DNA from: an uncultured bacterium
Lineage (GTDB): Bacteria; Abyssobacteria; SURF-5
Assembly (NCBI GenBank): GCA_964510165.1
Contig: CAZEBC010000070.1
Location: 1 to 17,686 of the forward strand
DNA: 17,686 nt
Direction of reading: 5' to 3'
Shown here: positions 16,014 through 17,686 of the stretch, piece by piece
Position numbering within the stretch: the first letter of the stretch is position 1
How the letters are laid out: each line of letters begins with the position of its first letter
Notes under the pieces: model-generated
The model's input: the letters and a program-made list of their open reading frames with translations, nothing else
Databases searched by the model: none
What the model was told of the DNA's origin: nothing
Position numbers and translations under genes: made by a program

Positions 16014-17141
16014 ATGGAGAGCAAGCGAAACACCGTCGCAATCGTTCTCGTCATTATAGTTCTGTTGGTAATCGGGGGATTGCTATACCAACGCTCACTT
16101 GAGAGAGAACAGGAGGTGCAAGAGAAGGGCAAAACTGCGCATGAAGCGCCCCCTGTGGCGGCAAGACCTGAAATCGAGCGCCGCGACGAGGGAATGAAAA
16201 TCCCCGAAGCCCCCGCTCCCCCGCCCGAACAGGCCCCTGCCGCTCCGTCCCCAGTGCAGCCGCCTCCCATGCCCGCTGAGCTTGCGACTCCTGACCCGCC
16301 CCCTCCGCAACTTGCCAAGGCCGATTGCAGGCCCGAAGCGCCAGCAATTGTGAAGAGGAAGGCCGCCGCTGCTCCCGAAGGGATGGTCTATGTGCCGGGT
16401 GGCGCCTTTGTGATGGGAAGCGCTCCCGATGCCGGCTTGGCCGATGAGGCGCCCGCACATACCGTTTGTTTAACCGGATTCTACATCGACAAGCACGAAG
16501 TCACGAACGCTCAGTTCAAAACGTTTGTCAACGCAACCACTTATATAACGGACGCGGAAAGAGACCCATCTGCCGCAGGAGGGCGAACCTGGCAGCACCC
16601 GTATGGACCCGATTCGAATGCCGACGATATGCCGAACCACCCGGTCGTTTGCGTGAGTTGGAATGACGCCAACGCTTATGCGCAATGGGCCGGCAAGAGG
16701 CTTCCCACTGAGGCCGAATGGGAAAAGGCCGCTCGCGGGCCCGACGCTCGAACATACCCTTGGGGCAACGCGGAGCCGACCGGCTCGCTCGCGAATGTGG
16801 CCGACAAGACCGCCGGTCTGAAATGGAGCAATAATTCCATCGAGGACAACCACAAGACTGCGGCTCCGGTCGGCAGTTTCCCGGGGGGAAAGAGCGTGTA
16901 TGGGATCGAGGATATGGCCGGAAACGTGTGGGAATGGTGCTTCGACTGGTGGGATGCCGGATACTACGCAACAAGTCCGTCTCAGAATCCCGCCGGACCC
17001 GAATCCGGAGAATTCCGGGTTATCCGCGGCGGCTCATGGATGTATGGCGTAAGGGGAGCACAAGCGACGCACAGAATGTATTTCCGGCCGACAGGGAGCA
17101 GCGCCTCGATCGGCTTCCGCTGTGTAAAGGACGCCCGTTAG
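16014..17141 (+). CDS. Membrane-anchored formylglycine-generating-enzyme (FGE-sulfatase/SUMF1) domain protein; probable start ATG 16014 (ORF open from 15990)
   Basis: N-terminal TM (VAIVLVIIVLLVIGGLL) and a Pro-rich linker, then F.MGS, EVTNAQF, PVV.VSW.DA, RLPTEAEWEKAARG, DMAGNVWEW, RGGSW and GFRC. SD GGAGG precedes ATG 16014. Confidence 0.9.
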   Translation: MESKRNTVAIVLVIIVLLVIGGLLYQRSLEREQEVQEKGKTAHEAPPVAARPEIERRDEGMKIPEAPAPPPEQAPAAPSPVQPPPMPAELATPDPPPPQLAKADCRPEAPAIVKRKAAAAPEGMVYVPGGAFVMGSAPDAGLADEAPAHTVCLTGFYIDKHEVTNAQFKTFVNATTYITDAERDPSAAGGRTWQHPYGPDSNADDMPNHPVVCVSWNDANAYAQWAGKRLPTEAEWEKAARGPDARTYPWGNAEPTGSLANVADKTAGLKWSNNSIEDNHKTAAPVGSFPGGKSVYGIEDMAGNVWEWCFDWWDAGYYATSPSQNPAGPESGEFRVIRGGSWMYGVRGAQATHRMYFRPTGSSASIGFRCVKDAR

Positions 17142-17176
17142 GCGTACCACGGCCAAGATGTGAGCGAGACTGTAGG

Positions 17177-17226
17177 GACGCATCGCAACCGGCCTTTCAA
17201 AGAGGGGCCGACAATGCGTCATTTTA
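17177..17226 (+). terminator. Extended hairpin between convergent genes, possible terminator
   Basis: Outer stem GACGCAT(17177-83)/ATGCGTC(17214-20). Inner stem CGGCCTTTC/GAGGGGCCG with G-U pairs. Followed by ATTTTA. Confidence 0.5.
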
Positions 17227-17683
17227 ACCTGTAAATCGTGTATTTTACCCTGTTTTCGCCTGTCTCACCTACCCCGACCGCAAACGTGCTGTTGAGCCAG
17301 GAATATTTCGGGGAGGATGTCCGGAAAATCGGGTTGGTGATGATCCTGTATTTCTCGCCCTGCCTCATGATCCCCTGCGCAAGCTCTCGCTTTATCTCGT
17401 CCGGAAAGTCAACGAGGCCATAATAGTACACGTAGATCAGTTCCCCGTCATCCGTTTCGATGGTGGCGCGCACGTCAAGCTGGCCTACCTGGTCGTTGCG
17501 AAGGATAAACCAGTCGGCCCCTACCGGCCTGATTCTGCCCCGAAGTTTTGGCCCCTCGAATGTGCCACCCTTGATATGGAACGTGATTCGCGTTCCCTCA
17601 GGAACCGGCCCGATCATTTCCGGCGGACTCAGTTCGGCCTCCATCTCGCATAAGAACTCGACATCAAACCGATGCTCGGGCAT
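17219..17683 (-). CDS. DUF3237 (UPF0311-like) family protein
   Basis: Motifs IG..P.G.R...I.GG.FEGPKL.G, GADW, LDVRATIETDDG.LIY, P.F.T..PKYSWLN...VG.G. Confidence 0.85.
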   Translation of the reverse strand: MPEHRFDVEFLCEMEAELSPPEMIGPVPEGTRITFHIKGGTFEGPKLRGRIRPVGADWFILRNDQVGQLDVRATIETDDGELIYVYYYGLVDFPDEIKRELAQGIMRQGEKYRIITNPIFRTSSPKYSWLNSTFAVGVGETGENRVKYTIYRLK

Positions 17684-17686
17684 TAG

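Noticed and set aside
1..17686. Mobile elements, CRISPR arrays, defence or toxin-antitoxin systems, recoded stop codons
   Set aside because: No transposase, integrase, RT or cas-like ORFs, no spaced direct repeats, and all recognised genes appear full-length with normal stops.

Overview
GC-rich bacterial chromosomal segment made mostly of housekeeping genes. A ~12.9-kb block on the minus strand reads rimP-nusA-infB-DUF503(ylxP)-rbfA-DHH phosphoesterase(nrnA)-truB-ribF-tpiA-secG-murA-hisD-hisC. To its left are a PaaG-like crotonase, a TylF/NovP-family O-methyltransferase, a SuhB-like inositol monophosphatase and a small orphan ORF. To its right are a membrane-anchored FGE-sulfatase-domain protein lacking the catalytic cysteines and a DUF3237 gene. 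I see no mobile element, CRISPR array, tRNA or rRNA. The most interesting signals are regulatory. First, the rimP leader has a sigma70-like promoter, two tandem terminator-like hairpins, and an SD-preceded 35-codon uORF that runs through both hairpins, making it a candidate translation-coupled attenuator. Second, an internal extended -10 promoter for tpiA is built on the ribF stop codon. Third, a 14-bp palindrome carries back-to-back TATAAT boxes between suhB and the orphan ORF. All calls come from reading motifs by eye; no searches were run.
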